NCBI GenBank assembly: GCA_964472015.1
Contig: CAYYIP010000002.1
Location: 48,977-112,976, forward strand
Direction: 5' to 3'
Length of the DNA stretch: 64,000 bases
DNA from: an uncultured Hyphomicrobiales bacterium
GTDB lineage: Bacteria; Bacteroidota; Ignavibacteria; Kapaibacteriales; UBA2268
Shown here: piece by piece, positions 9,544 through 18,786 of the stretch
How the letters are laid out: every line of letters starts with the position of its first letter
Numbering within the stretch: the first letter of the stretch is position 1
The notes under the pieces: model-generated
The model's input: the letters and a program-made list of their open reading frames with translations, nothing else
What the model was told of the DNA's origin: nothing
The model's database searches: none
Program-made: the position numbers and the translations under genes

Positions 9544-9903
9544 TTAAATATTAAATATTGTTAGTGCTTCTTGTTGTGTTTTAACAATTTTAAAAACACT
9601 ATCAAATCCAAGCGGTTTTATAATATTAGAAAATATGTTAGATGGTATATTTACTAGTATTATATCTCCTTTATTTTTGCGGATTTCTTCAATATGAAGT
9701 ATAAATACGCCTAATCCCGCTGATGATATATAAGTTAAATATTCTAAATCTAATAAGATATTATAACATTTTTCTTTTAAAGTTTCTTCTAATTTTTCTT
9801 CTAATTTTTTAGAAGTATGTGCATCTAAAAACCCATTTAGTTTTATGATACAAGAATTATTATTGAAACTTTTTTCTATAAATAAATATTTTTTTGTTTC
9901 CAT
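9544..9903 (-). CDS. rsbV: STAS-domain anti-sigma-factor antagonist, RsbV/SpoIIAA family
   Basis: IIKLNGFLDAHT, LDLEYLTYISSAGLGVF with the conserved phospho-acceptor Ser. Confidence 0.9.
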   Translation of the reverse strand: METKKYLFIEKSFNNNSCIIKLNGFLDAHTSKKLEEKLEETLKEKCYNILLDLEYLTYISSAGLGVFILHIEEIRKNKGDIILVNIPSNIFSNIIKPLGFDSVFKIVKTQQEALTIFNI

Positions 9904-10070
9904 TTTTTTATATTTTAAAAATTAAAAAACATTATATAAAAGAATTAAAATATAAATAAAAAAATATTATTAAGAATGAATTCTATTATTATTTTAAATA
10001 AATTATTATATTTATGATAATTTTATTATTTTTGATATATTGTAAAATAACAATAAAAAATATTATATAT

Positions 10071-11057
10071 ATGAACAAAATAATTTTAATTCTTACAATT
10101 GTATTTATAATTTCATCTTGTAAGCAGGATGATATTATAATAGATAATGTTTCTGCAAATAACAAGTATTTAATTTTTTCAGGGAATCAACTTATACGTT
10201 GTTATACAAATACTAATAATATTGAAAATATAATAAATGATCTGCCTGATGAAGTAAAGTCAGTAAAATATTTTCGTGGATATTATTATGTTTTATTCAA
10301 GACCTTACAATCTATTTACGTTATAAGTGACAAAAAGTTTGATATTGTATCAAAAATAGATTTTAAAGGTTCAAATATGTTACCTTACGATATATGTTTT
10401 CCGAATGCAACGGATGCATATATTTGTCATTCGGATTGTAATATTGTTACATTACTTGATATAATGAGTTTTCAATTATCGAATTATAAAATTGAAGTTG
10501 CAAAGAAACCTGTATATATTGCAGGTATAGGTAATCAAGTTTATGTATGTTGTCAGGACGATGATGCTATTATTGTTATTGATACACGTTTAAATGAAGT
10601 TGTTGATACTATTAATGTTGCTTCAAAACCTAGATTTATAGATATTGATGTGAATAATGAAAAACTTTTTATTATATCAAAAGGGGATGATAAAAGTTCT
10701 ATAACTTTTCAATCATTTTCTTTACAGAATCGTGAATTATTAAATAAGTTTGATATAAAAAATTCAGAAAATGTTATTCCAGCGAGCATTGCTGTTTCTA
10801 AAAAATATATTTATATTACATCTGATTGTTATTTATGGCGTATTTCTGCAATTAATGAGAAATCGGCAATAGTTGTTAAGAATAAAGCTTTCATTAAAGT
10901 TAAATATAATCCTATTTATGAAAAATTTTATTTATTGAATAATTCTGAGAATCCTTTAAATAATGAAATAACTATTTATAATGCAAATACAAGTAAATAT
11001 ATTTCAAGTTTCAATTTAAATATAGTTGTAGATGATATTATTATGGAATATAATTAG
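10071..11057 (+). CDS. YncE-like (YVTN) beta-propeller lipoprotein
   Basis: Likely start ATG 10071 (ORF track starts 10014); lipobox ISSC; repeats such as VAKKPVYIAGIGNQVYV...IIVIDT...TINVASKPRFI. Confidence 0.7.
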   Translation: MNKIILILTIVFIISSCKQDDIIIDNVSANNKYLIFSGNQLIRCYTNTNNIENIINDLPDEVKSVKYFRGYYYVLFKTLQSIYVISDKKFDIVSKIDFKGSNMLPYDICFPNATDAYICHSDCNIVTLLDIMSFQLSNYKIEVAKKPVYIAGIGNQVYVCCQDDDAIIVIDTRLNEVVDTINVASKPRFIDIDVNNEKLFIISKGDDKSSITFQSFSLQNRELLNKFDIKNSENVIPASIAVSKKYIYITSDCYLWRISAINEKSAIVVKNKAFIKVKYNPIYEKFYLLNNSENPLNNEITIYNANTSKYISSFNLNIVVDDIIMEYN

Positions 11058-11082
11058 TTAATAAGTAATTATAGGTAAGACG

Positions 11083-12300
11083 ATGAAAGATATGGATAAT
11101 ATAACTGAGTCAAAAGATGTAATGATAGATACACTTTTTGAAATTTCAAGTACATTTAATGGATTATTAGAAAAGGATGAAATTTTAAGGCAATTAGCAA
11201 TATATTTAATGGGACAATTTGCTATTAAAAGTTTTGCTATGTATGTTTTAAATAATGATAATACAGAATATAAGTTATTAGTAGAGGAAAATTTGGATAA
11301 TATATGCAAAGTTGTAAAAGTAGAAGATATAGATTTAGAAAACGATATAAATATAATTCAATGTACTAAAAAATATAAAACAATTTTTAATAATAAGGAT
11401 ATAGATTATATTATAAGTATTGCTAAAAATAATGGATTACTTGTTATAGGATATAGAATGTTTGATAAGTTATTAACTGATATAGATTTTAAGTTTATGA
11501 TGTCTATAGGTGAATTAGCCTTACTTGCTATTGAAAATTCTAGATTAATTATTGAGGAAAAAGAAAAATTATTGTTAGAACAAGAACTTAATATGGCTTT
11601 AAATATACAGAAAGGGTTATTACCTAAGGGGAACCCTGATATAAAAAATTATGATATAATAGGATTTTATAAAAGTGCAAAGAGTATAGGTGGTGATTAT
11701 TATGATTTTATAAAGATAGACGATGAACATTATATTATTGTTATTGCAGATGTATGTGGGAAGAATATCTCGGCTGCTCTTATTATGTCCAATTTACAAT
11801 CTGCATTAAAGGCTCAATTATTTTTTATTTCTGATTTAAAAGAAATAATTAAAAATTTGAATTTTTTAATATATATGAATACAGAAGAAGATAAATTTGT
11901 CACTTTTTTCTTTGGTATTTTAGATATAAAGAAAGATGAGTTTGAATATATTAATTGTGGACATGATCCACCTATTTTTTATAAAAGTAAAAATAATGAT
12001 ATAAAACTATTAAAGGCAGATACAACAGTATTAGGAATAGAGGAAGAATTAAAATTTAATCATTCAAATTATAAAATAAAATTTGATAAGGATGACTTTA
12101 TTCTATGTTATACAGATGGTATTACAGAGGCTTTAAATAAAGATGGAGTTATGTTAACAGATAAATGGTTAGAGGACTTTGTAAAAACTAATTCGAATTT
12201 AAGTGCACAAGAATTGATACAAGAAATAAATAATTTTATTAATAATTACCAACTTGAGCAAAGAGATGATATTACTATGGTAGTAATTAAACGAAAATAG
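11083..12300 (+). CDS. GAF-domain PP2C Ser phosphatase, RsbU/SpoIIE family
   Basis: QELNMALNIQKGLLP, IGGDYYD, IADVCGK, YTDGITEA, RDDITMV; N-terminal GAF-like region. Confidence 0.92.
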   Translation: MKDMDNITESKDVMIDTLFEISSTFNGLLEKDEILRQLAIYLMGQFAIKSFAMYVLNNDNTEYKLLVEENLDNICKVVKVEDIDLENDINIIQCTKKYKTIFNNKDIDYIISIAKNNGLLVIGYRMFDKLLTDIDFKFMMSIGELALLAIENSRLIIEEKEKLLLEQELNMALNIQKGLLPKGNPDIKNYDIIGFYKSAKSIGGDYYDFIKIDDEHYIIVIADVCGKNISAALIMSNLQSALKAQLFFISDLKEIIKNLNFLIYMNTEEDKFVTFFFGILDIKKDEFEYINCGHDPPIFYKSKNNDIKLLKADTTVLGIEEELKFNHSNYKIKFDKDDFILCYTDGITEALNKDGVMLTDKWLEDFVKTNSNLSAQELIQEINNFINNYQLEQRDDITMVVIKRK

Positions 12301-12304
12301 AGAA

Positions 12305-12886
12305 ATGGGAACAGAGGTTTTAAGTGTTGAAAATTTAATTAATGCGTATTCTAATGGTTGGTTTCCAATGGCAGATATTAATGGATTGACTAAATGGTAC
12401 GCACCAGAAACGAGAGCAATATTTCCTTTTTATAAATTAAAACCAGTACATTCGATGGTTAAATTTATAGAAAAGAACAATATTAGTTTTTCAATAGACT
12501 ATGATTTTGATTTTGTTATACGGCAATGTGCAAATCGTGAAATGACTTGGATAACACCCAATATTATTGAAGCTTATATTAATTTATATGAATCTGGTTA
12601 TGCTCACTCGATTGAAACGTGGTATAACAATCGTATTGTAGGTGGGCTTTATGGAGTTTCTATTAATTCAGCTTTTTTTGGGGAATCTATGTTTAGTTTA
12701 ATATCTAATGCATCAAAAGCTGCGTTTTATTGTTTAATAACACAATTGAAAAGAAAAGATTTTATTTTATTAGATTCTCAATTTATTAATAATTTTACAG
12801 CACAATTAGGTGCAGTTGAAATTTCAAAAAATTTGTATGAACATTTTTTATATATTGCTTTAAAAAAAGAAAATAAATTTATATAA
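12305..12886 (+). CDS. aat: Leucyl/phenylalanyl-tRNA--protein transferase
   Basis: LINAYSNGWFPMA, TWIT, GYAHSIETW, VGGLYGVSI, FFGESMFS, NASKAAF. Confidence 0.94.
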   Translation: MGTEVLSVENLINAYSNGWFPMADINGLTKWYAPETRAIFPFYKLKPVHSMVKFIEKNNISFSIDYDFDFVIRQCANREMTWITPNIIEAYINLYESGYAHSIETWYNNRIVGGLYGVSINSAFFGESMFSLISNASKAAFYCLITQLKRKDFILLDSQFINNFTAQLGAVEISKNLYEHFLYIALKKENKFI

Positions 12887-12893
12887 ATAGGTT

Positions 12894-14030
12894 TTAATTT
12901 ATATTATAAGTTTGTAATATAATATTTGCAGCATTAAAAGAAGCACCACTGTATCCTAGTATATTTTTTATTTCAGCAAAATATTTTTGTTGCATTAAAC
13001 ATTGATTTTTATTGTTTAATAATTCTAATACATTTTTTTCAAGTATTTTTGGAGTTACTTTATTTTGAATAAATTCGGGAATAACTTCTTTATTTAGTAA
13101 TATATTTGGTAGTGATATAAAATCTAAATTAATAAGACATTTGCCTAATAAATAATGTGTAAATGAAGTTTTATAAGCCATTATCATATTCATTCCTAAT
13201 AAACTTGCTTCTAGTGTTGTTGTACCCGTTTTTACAATTCCTATTTTTGCATAACTCATTAATTTTTTAGAATCTCTATTTAATTTATATTTAAAATTAT
13301 AATATTTTAATAGTTCAAAATCATAATCACTTAGATTATTAGCAACTGCAAATTCATAAGTAAAATTATTTAATTTTTTGTCTAATAGTACAGCAGTTGT
13401 TGCAAATAATTCTAAGTTTTTTCGTATTTCTTGTTTTCTACTACCTGGGAAAAAAGCAATAACATTTTCTCTCTCATCTATTGTTTTTATAGGATTATGG
13501 AAAAGTTCATTATCCAATAATGGATGTCCCACAAATTTTGCAGGTATATTATGTTTATTAAAAAAAACTTCTTCAAAAGGAAAAACAACTAAAAGTTTTG
13601 TAACTGCTTTTTTTAATTTTTTCCATCTATTTTTACCCCAAGCCCAAAGTTGTGGTGCTATATAATAATAAACTGGTATTTCTATTCCTCTTGCATATTT
13701 AGCAACTTTAATATTGAATCCCGGATAATCAATAGGAATAAAGCAATCAACTGCTTCTTTTAATAGCATTTCTTTACATTTTCTTAATAATTTTGTAAAT
13801 AATATCCCACGTTTTAATACTTCAACAAAACCAACAACCGCAATTTCTGAAATATCTATAATGGAAGTCAATCCTGATTCTATCATATTTTTACCTCCTA
13901 TTCCAATAAATTCAACATTGTTATATAGTTTTTTTATTTGTTGCATTAATAAAGCACCGTGTATATCTCCGGATATTTCACCTGCAATTATCATTATTTT
14001 AAGTTTTTTTTGTTTTGTTCTAGTTATCAT
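12894..14030 (-). CDS. lpxB: Lipid-A-disaccharide synthase
   Basis: IIAGEISGDIHG, IDYPGFN, YYIAPQLWAWGKNR, FVGHPL, FFPGSRKQEI, KTGTTTLE, ISLPNILL. Confidence 0.95.
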   Translation of the reverse strand: MITRTKQKKLKIMIIAGEISGDIHGALLMQQIKKLYNNVEFIGIGGKNMIESGLTSIIDISEIAVVGFVEVLKRGILFTKLLRKCKEMLLKEAVDCFIPIDYPGFNIKVAKYARGIEIPVYYYIAPQLWAWGKNRWKKLKKAVTKLLVVFPFEEVFFNKHNIPAKFVGHPLLDNELFHNPIKTIDERENVIAFFPGSRKQEIRKNLELFATTAVLLDKKLNNFTYEFAVANNLSDYDFELLKYYNFKYKLNRDSKKLMSYAKIGIVKTGTTTLEASLLGMNMIMAYKTSFTHYLLGKCLINLDFISLPNILLNKEVIPEFIQNKVTPKILEKNVLELLNNKNQCLMQQKYFAEIKNILGYSGASFNAANIILQTYNIN

Positions 14031-14076
14031 TATTTTGTAATTAAATAGATAAAATTAGGATAATAAATTAGATAAA

Positions 14077-16401
14077 TTATTTTATTATTGCTATCTTACA
14101 GGCTGCAGATGAATTTGTTAAAACAGAGCTTCCTATAATGATATAAACTCCAGGTTGTACTTTATTTCCTTTATCATCTTTCCCATTCCATATAGCACGT
14201 TGACTATCAGTAAATATAGTTTTTATTCGTTTACCATCAGGAGTTATAATTCGTAATTCTGTACCACTAACTAATCCGTCTATAGTTAAATTTATATCTT
14301 TTTCTATATTAAAAGGATTAGGATAAGTTTTTAAGTCATAATTATTATTAGGTATTATTATTGAAGTTTGAGCAATATAAAGTCCATTTTTTGTGCCTAA
14401 ATATATAAGTCCATTTTTTGGATTCATTATCAAAGAGTTAACTTCATTTGTTTGTAATGGCGAATTTTTTGTTGTTATACTTCCTAGTGTATCATCTATT
14501 GCATTAAGAATGAAAACGCCTGAATTTGTTGCTATCCATTTATTACCTATTGCATCAAACAATATATCATTTATAGTTTGTCCTTTAAGAAAAGAAAAAC
14601 TGCTAATTATAAGATTACTGTTTGTAGTAACTGCATATGGATTTAAAATAATAGATATACCGTTTGAAGTACCAAGCCAAATTCTCGAATTTACATTATC
14701 AATTGCAATACAATTTGCATCATTATTTAGTAAATTAGGATAGTTTGAAGTATTTATAACACCCCATATATCATCGTAAGTATCTTTTGTATTTTTGTCA
14801 TTTAAATATATTATTCCAACAGTGTTTAAAGCACCTATTAACCATTTAGTATTATAATTGTCTATTGCTATATTATAATACATTCTATTTTGACTTGATA
14901 TTAAGTTATTAAATACTCTATAATTACTATAATTAGTATCAAAAGACATAAGTATAGAACCAGCAGTTTTTTCACCATATATTACTGTCCATATATTATT
15001 GTATGTATCAAATGCGGTTTGTCCAGCTATTCTATAATTTTTAGCATATGGGGTCATTGGTGAATTATTTTCATTAATTATAGTATATTTTTGTTCTGGA
15101 TTTTGTTTTTTTTCATCGATTATAACTAGACCTAATCCCCAGCCTCCTGCGTAAACTTTATTATCTTTTGATATGGATATTGAATTAAATTGTTCATTAA
15201 TACCAAAAGGTGCATCTGAATGTAGATTATTATAATTAGTCCATTTTGAACCGTCGTATGCCATTATACCGCCGCTAGTTTTATTATTTAATGAATTATC
15301 GGTAACTGCAAAAATTTTACCATCTGAATTTATTGCTAAATCCATAAAATAATTTACACAGGGGGTATTAGTAGTTATAGTTTTATGGGTTAAGTTAGGT
15401 CTTATTAAAGTTGTGCCTAATTTATTATAATTAAAACTTATTATAAAATTTTCTTTATCTTCATTTATATTATTTCTTAATATACTGAAATTATTAGCGT
15501 TAGTAGTCCAATTAGAAAATATCTCTTGTTGATTTACTGTAAATAATTGATAGGCTGTACTATAAATTAATTCATTATTATATACATCTATTTTTAAAAT
15601 ATTGTTATAATTTTGACCATCTGTTTCTAAAAAAGTACTAAATGATTCGTTTTTGAAATTATATATTTTAGTTCCAAAATTTACATATATATTATTATCT
15701 ATTTTTGCAATTTGTGCTTTAATATAAGTTTCATCGTTTGGATATTTATAACAAGTCCATTCTTTTGCTATATTTATTCTTTTACTTAATGGAATAAAAG
15801 CAATTCCTGATGCAGTTGCTGCCCATAATGTATCTTTTTGTAAAATAATATTATTTACTACTGTATTTTTTTGAAAATCACCTATTGTTTCAATAGTATT
15901 AGTAAATATTTTATTGATAATATCAAATTCGGCAATTCCCCATCCACCTGCTATATATGCTTTATTGTTATAAATTACTATATCATTAATAGTAGAGTTT
16001 GAAAAATTATGATCTCTTATACTTGTAATATGAGTAAATTGTAATTCTTCGGTTACTATTTCAATAACGCCATCATTTGTTCCTAATATTAATAATTTAT
16101 TTTGTATATCAGACGATATTTTTGTAATATTTTGTGATAATAATCCATTTAAACGATTAATTAAAATTGTATCATTATTTTTATCATCATAAATTGTTAA
16201 TCCGCCTGTTGTTCCTATCCATACTCTATTTTTTGAATCCATTGCAGTAGTTTGTACATTTAGCATAGAAGTATGTATTTGCCAGTTATCAATTTTTAAC
16301 TGAGTTTCTGCAAAAATAAATTGAATTGTATTAGTGTACAATATAAAGCATAAAATAAATTGTATTAAGTATATTGTTTTTTTTATATATAATGTTTTCA
16401 T
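14077..16401 (-). CDS. porZ: PorZ-like T9SS surface beta-propeller protein with C-terminal sorting domain
   Basis: Signal peptide, WQIHTS start of mature region, many ligand-binding-sensor propeller repeats (IAIDNYNTKW, WLGTSNGI, DAIGNKWIATNSGV), CTD KTYPNPF...WNGKDDKGNKVQPGVYII. Confidence 0.68.
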   Translation of the reverse strand: MKTLYIKKTIYLIQFILCFILYTNTIQFIFAETQLKIDNWQIHTSMLNVQTTAMDSKNRVWIGTTGGLTIYDDKNNDTILINRLNGLLSQNITKISSDIQNKLLILGTNDGVIEIVTEELQFTHITSIRDHNFSNSTINDIVIYNNKAYIAGGWGIAEFDIINKIFTNTIETIGDFQKNTVVNNIILQKDTLWAATASGIAFIPLSKRINIAKEWTCYKYPNDETYIKAQIAKIDNNIYVNFGTKIYNFKNESFSTFLETDGQNYNNILKIDVYNNELIYSTAYQLFTVNQQEIFSNWTTNANNFSILRNNINEDKENFIISFNYNKLGTTLIRPNLTHKTITTNTPCVNYFMDLAINSDGKIFAVTDNSLNNKTSGGIMAYDGSKWTNYNNLHSDAPFGINEQFNSISISKDNKVYAGGWGLGLVIIDEKKQNPEQKYTIINENNSPMTPYAKNYRIAGQTAFDTYNNIWTVIYGEKTAGSILMSFDTNYSNYRVFNNLISSQNRMYYNIAIDNYNTKWLIGALNTVGIIYLNDKNTKDTYDDIWGVINTSNYPNLLNNDANCIAIDNVNSRIWLGTSNGISIILNPYAVTTNSNLIISSFSFLKGQTINDILFDAIGNKWIATNSGVFILNAIDDTLGSITTKNSPLQTNEVNSLIMNPKNGLIYLGTKNGLYIAQTSIIIPNNNYDLKTYPNPFNIEKDINLTIDGLVSGTELRIITPDGKRIKTIFTDSQRAIWNGKDDKGNKVQPGVYIIIGSSVLTNSSAACKIAIIK

Positions 16402-16413
16402 TTTTATTTATTT

Positions 16414-17772
16414 TTATTTTAAAAGTTTATCTAAACGAGCATTTTTATGAATTGCAAAAATAAGTCCTATAAAATTCCATAATGTTGTTGAAATAAATTG
16501 GTTTGCAGAAAAAAAATTTATTCCAAATAAAATCATAACTAAATATATAGTTAATCCTTGTAAACGACTAGATTCATTATTTAATTTATTTTTTTCAATA
16601 TTTTTTTTCAATTTATACGAATCATAAAAAAGGAATACAAACATACCACATAACCCAATAAATCCAATTATACCAGTTTCACCTAATGCTACAAGAACTG
16701 TATAACCACCAAATGTATATTTTGTTTCGCTATGATATTGATGAGTACCTAATCCAACACCTGTTATAGGTGATTTTGTCCAGAGGATAAATCCTTCGGT
16801 TGCTGATTCAATTCTTGTTGTAAAAGATTCACCTACTATTTGTTTATTTACTTTTGTACCACCTTTTAAAATTCCTTCAATTCTTTCTCCAAATAGTTCT
16901 AATAAGCTTACATTAGAATAGTTTTTAACAGCAATATCTGTAATAAATATAACTATGCAACTAATAAAAGTAATTAAGATAAGTTTTTTTATAAATTTTT
17001 TATTTTCTATTATTAGTATTAATAACATTAATAATGCTAAACACATTATTCCTGTTAAAGAGAATGTTAAGAATAATCCGGCTATAGCTAAGATAAATGT
17101 TAATAATGTAATCGATGTACTTTTTAAAAAATGTTTTTGATCTTGTACATATGGTATTATGATAAATGCTATTGTATAACTATTAAAAGCTGCTAAAGCA
17201 GATGGTTCTGAGAAAAAAGAAGTCGCTCTAAAAAAGTTTTTGAATTGTAGAGATAATTGTTGGAAACTATCTAATTGCAAAGTATTTCTTGCCATAAGAG
17301 AAATATTATTATATTCTAACCATGCAAAAGGTAGTCCAAAGGCTCTTGCAACTATTTGATATATTCCAAAAGAGTTAACAAAGATAGATAATATTAGCCA
17401 TATTTTTATAAATTTAGTCCACGTAGAATCTTTTATTGGATATAAAAAGCATATTATTGTAAATATTATAATAAAATAAAAGTGGAATGAACTTTTAAAA
17501 AATTGTATGATTACTTTAGAATTTCCCCAATATATTGGATAAAATGCAGATAATATAACAGCAATACAGACTAATAAAAAAAAACTAAAAACGGGGGGAA
17601 TAGGTTTATATAATATTAATTTATCTTTTCTTATAATAAGTCTAAATATTAATACAAGATATAAAATTCCACTAAAAACAGTATTAGGAATAATGCCATA
17701 ACCTGCTATTGAAAATATTTGATACATATCAATAGCTTGAGTTAATAAAATTAAAATAAATAGAATTTGCAT
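16414..17772 (-). CDS. O-antigen ligase / Wzy polymerase family membrane protein
   Basis: About 11-12 TM helices, RATSFFSEPSALAAF, TFSLTG, periplasmic loop ending TRIESATEGFILWTKSPITGVGLG. Confidence 0.8.
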   Translation of the reverse strand: MQILFILILLTQAIDMYQIFSIAGYGIIPNTVFSGILYLVLIFRLIIRKDKLILYKPIPPVFSFFLLVCIAVILSAFYPIYWGNSKVIIQFFKSSFHFYFIIIFTIICFLYPIKDSTWTKFIKIWLILSIFVNSFGIYQIVARAFGLPFAWLEYNNISLMARNTLQLDSFQQLSLQFKNFFRATSFFSEPSALAAFNSYTIAFIIIPYVQDQKHFLKSTSITLLTFILAIAGLFLTFSLTGIMCLALLMLLILIIENKKFIKKLILITFISCIVIFITDIAVKNYSNVSLLELFGERIEGILKGGTKVNKQIVGESFTTRIESATEGFILWTKSPITGVGLGTHQYHSETKYTFGGYTVLVALGETGIIGFIGLCGMFVFLFYDSYKLKKNIEKNKLNNESSRLQGLTIYLVMILFGINFFSANQFISTTLWNFIGLIFAIHKNARLDKLLK

Positions 17773-17822
17773 GCTGCTGTTATATTTAGTAATAGAATAA
17801 TTTTTAATAAATTCTTGATATA

Positions 17823-18743
17823 TTATTTAACTCTTTCTATCCAACTTTGATTAAAACCAGCTAATTTCGCATTTTTTTTTGCTTCTTCGTAAGAACTATA
17901 GTTCCCAAATCTTACTCTATACCATATTTTATCTTTTATTTTTTGTTTTGTTATTTTACCGTCAATTCCTTTTTTATTCAAAAGAATAAGACGTAAGTTT
18001 GCATCTTCTAAAGAGGTTGACGAATATATTTGTACAACATAATTTTCGATATTATTTTCTGTTATTTTATCAGTTTTATTAATAATATCTTTATTATTAT
18101 TTATATCTGTACTTTTATTTACTATGATATCTTGTTGTTTTTTTTCTTTTTGAAAAACATTTATTTTTTTATTTTTATCTACATTTATATATGAATGTTT
18201 TGATATATTAATATTCTTCTTTATTTCTTTTGCAGTATTTAACTTTTTATTTGTATTATTTTTTAGCAATAATGTATCTATTATATCTTTTGTTTCTTGT
18301 TTATTTTTTTGATTGTGTATTATGGTATATGAGAATTTTTTTTCTACTGCTTTATTTGTATACTTTATATAAAAATAATATGCAATAATACTTAATGCAA
18401 AAATTAATAATAGAATAAAAATAATTTTTGGAAATATTTTTTTTGATTGTTTATTATTATTTTGATAATCTATTTTTTTATATTGATTACTTGTTTTTTT
18501 ATTATTATTGTATTCATCTACATCTTTTTTTAGAATATCTATAAATTCCTTCTCTAATATAATATTATGAAAAGTTTCTTTTTTATTTATATTAGCATCT
18601 GTATCTATATTTTTTGTTTTATTTTCTATTTGGTTACTGCTATTATTTATTGTATTTGCAATAAAAATATCATTATCTTTTTCTGTTGCAGTAAATCCAT
18701 ATTTTTTTTCAGTATCTGTTAATTCTTTTCCAAATATTGACAT
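17823..18743 (-). CDS. Single-pass membrane protein with C-terminal SPOR domain (FtsN/DamX-like topology)
   Basis: TM IFILLLIFALSIIAYYFYI, N/K-rich linker, SPOR motifs YVVQIYS...WYRVRFGNYSSYEEA. Confidence 0.85.
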   Translation of the reverse strand: MSIFGKELTDTEKKYGFTATEKDNDIFIANTINNSSNQIENKTKNIDTDANINKKETFHNIILEKEFIDILKKDVDEYNNNKKTSNQYKKIDYQNNNKQSKKIFPKIIFILLLIFALSIIAYYFYIKYTNKAVEKKFSYTIIHNQKNKQETKDIIDTLLLKNNTNKKLNTAKEIKKNINISKHSYINVDKNKKINVFQKEKKQQDIIVNKSTDINNNKDIINKTDKITENNIENYVVQIYSSTSLEDANLRLILLNKKGIDGKITKQKIKDKIWYRVRFGNYSSYEEAKKNAKLAGFNQSWIERVK

Positions 18744-18786
18744 AGTATTAAATTAAAATTTTTAAAATAAAAAAATAATATGTTTT

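Noticed and set aside
9904-10070. Possible cobalamin riboswitch before the YncE/BtuG-like lipoprotein
   Set aside because: The spacer is almost pure A/T with no GC-rich stems or conserved riboswitch core
17593-17598. C6 tract (coding strand) in the O-antigen-ligase-like gene as a phase-variation site
   Set aside because: Six bases is too short for appreciable slippage and the frame is intact
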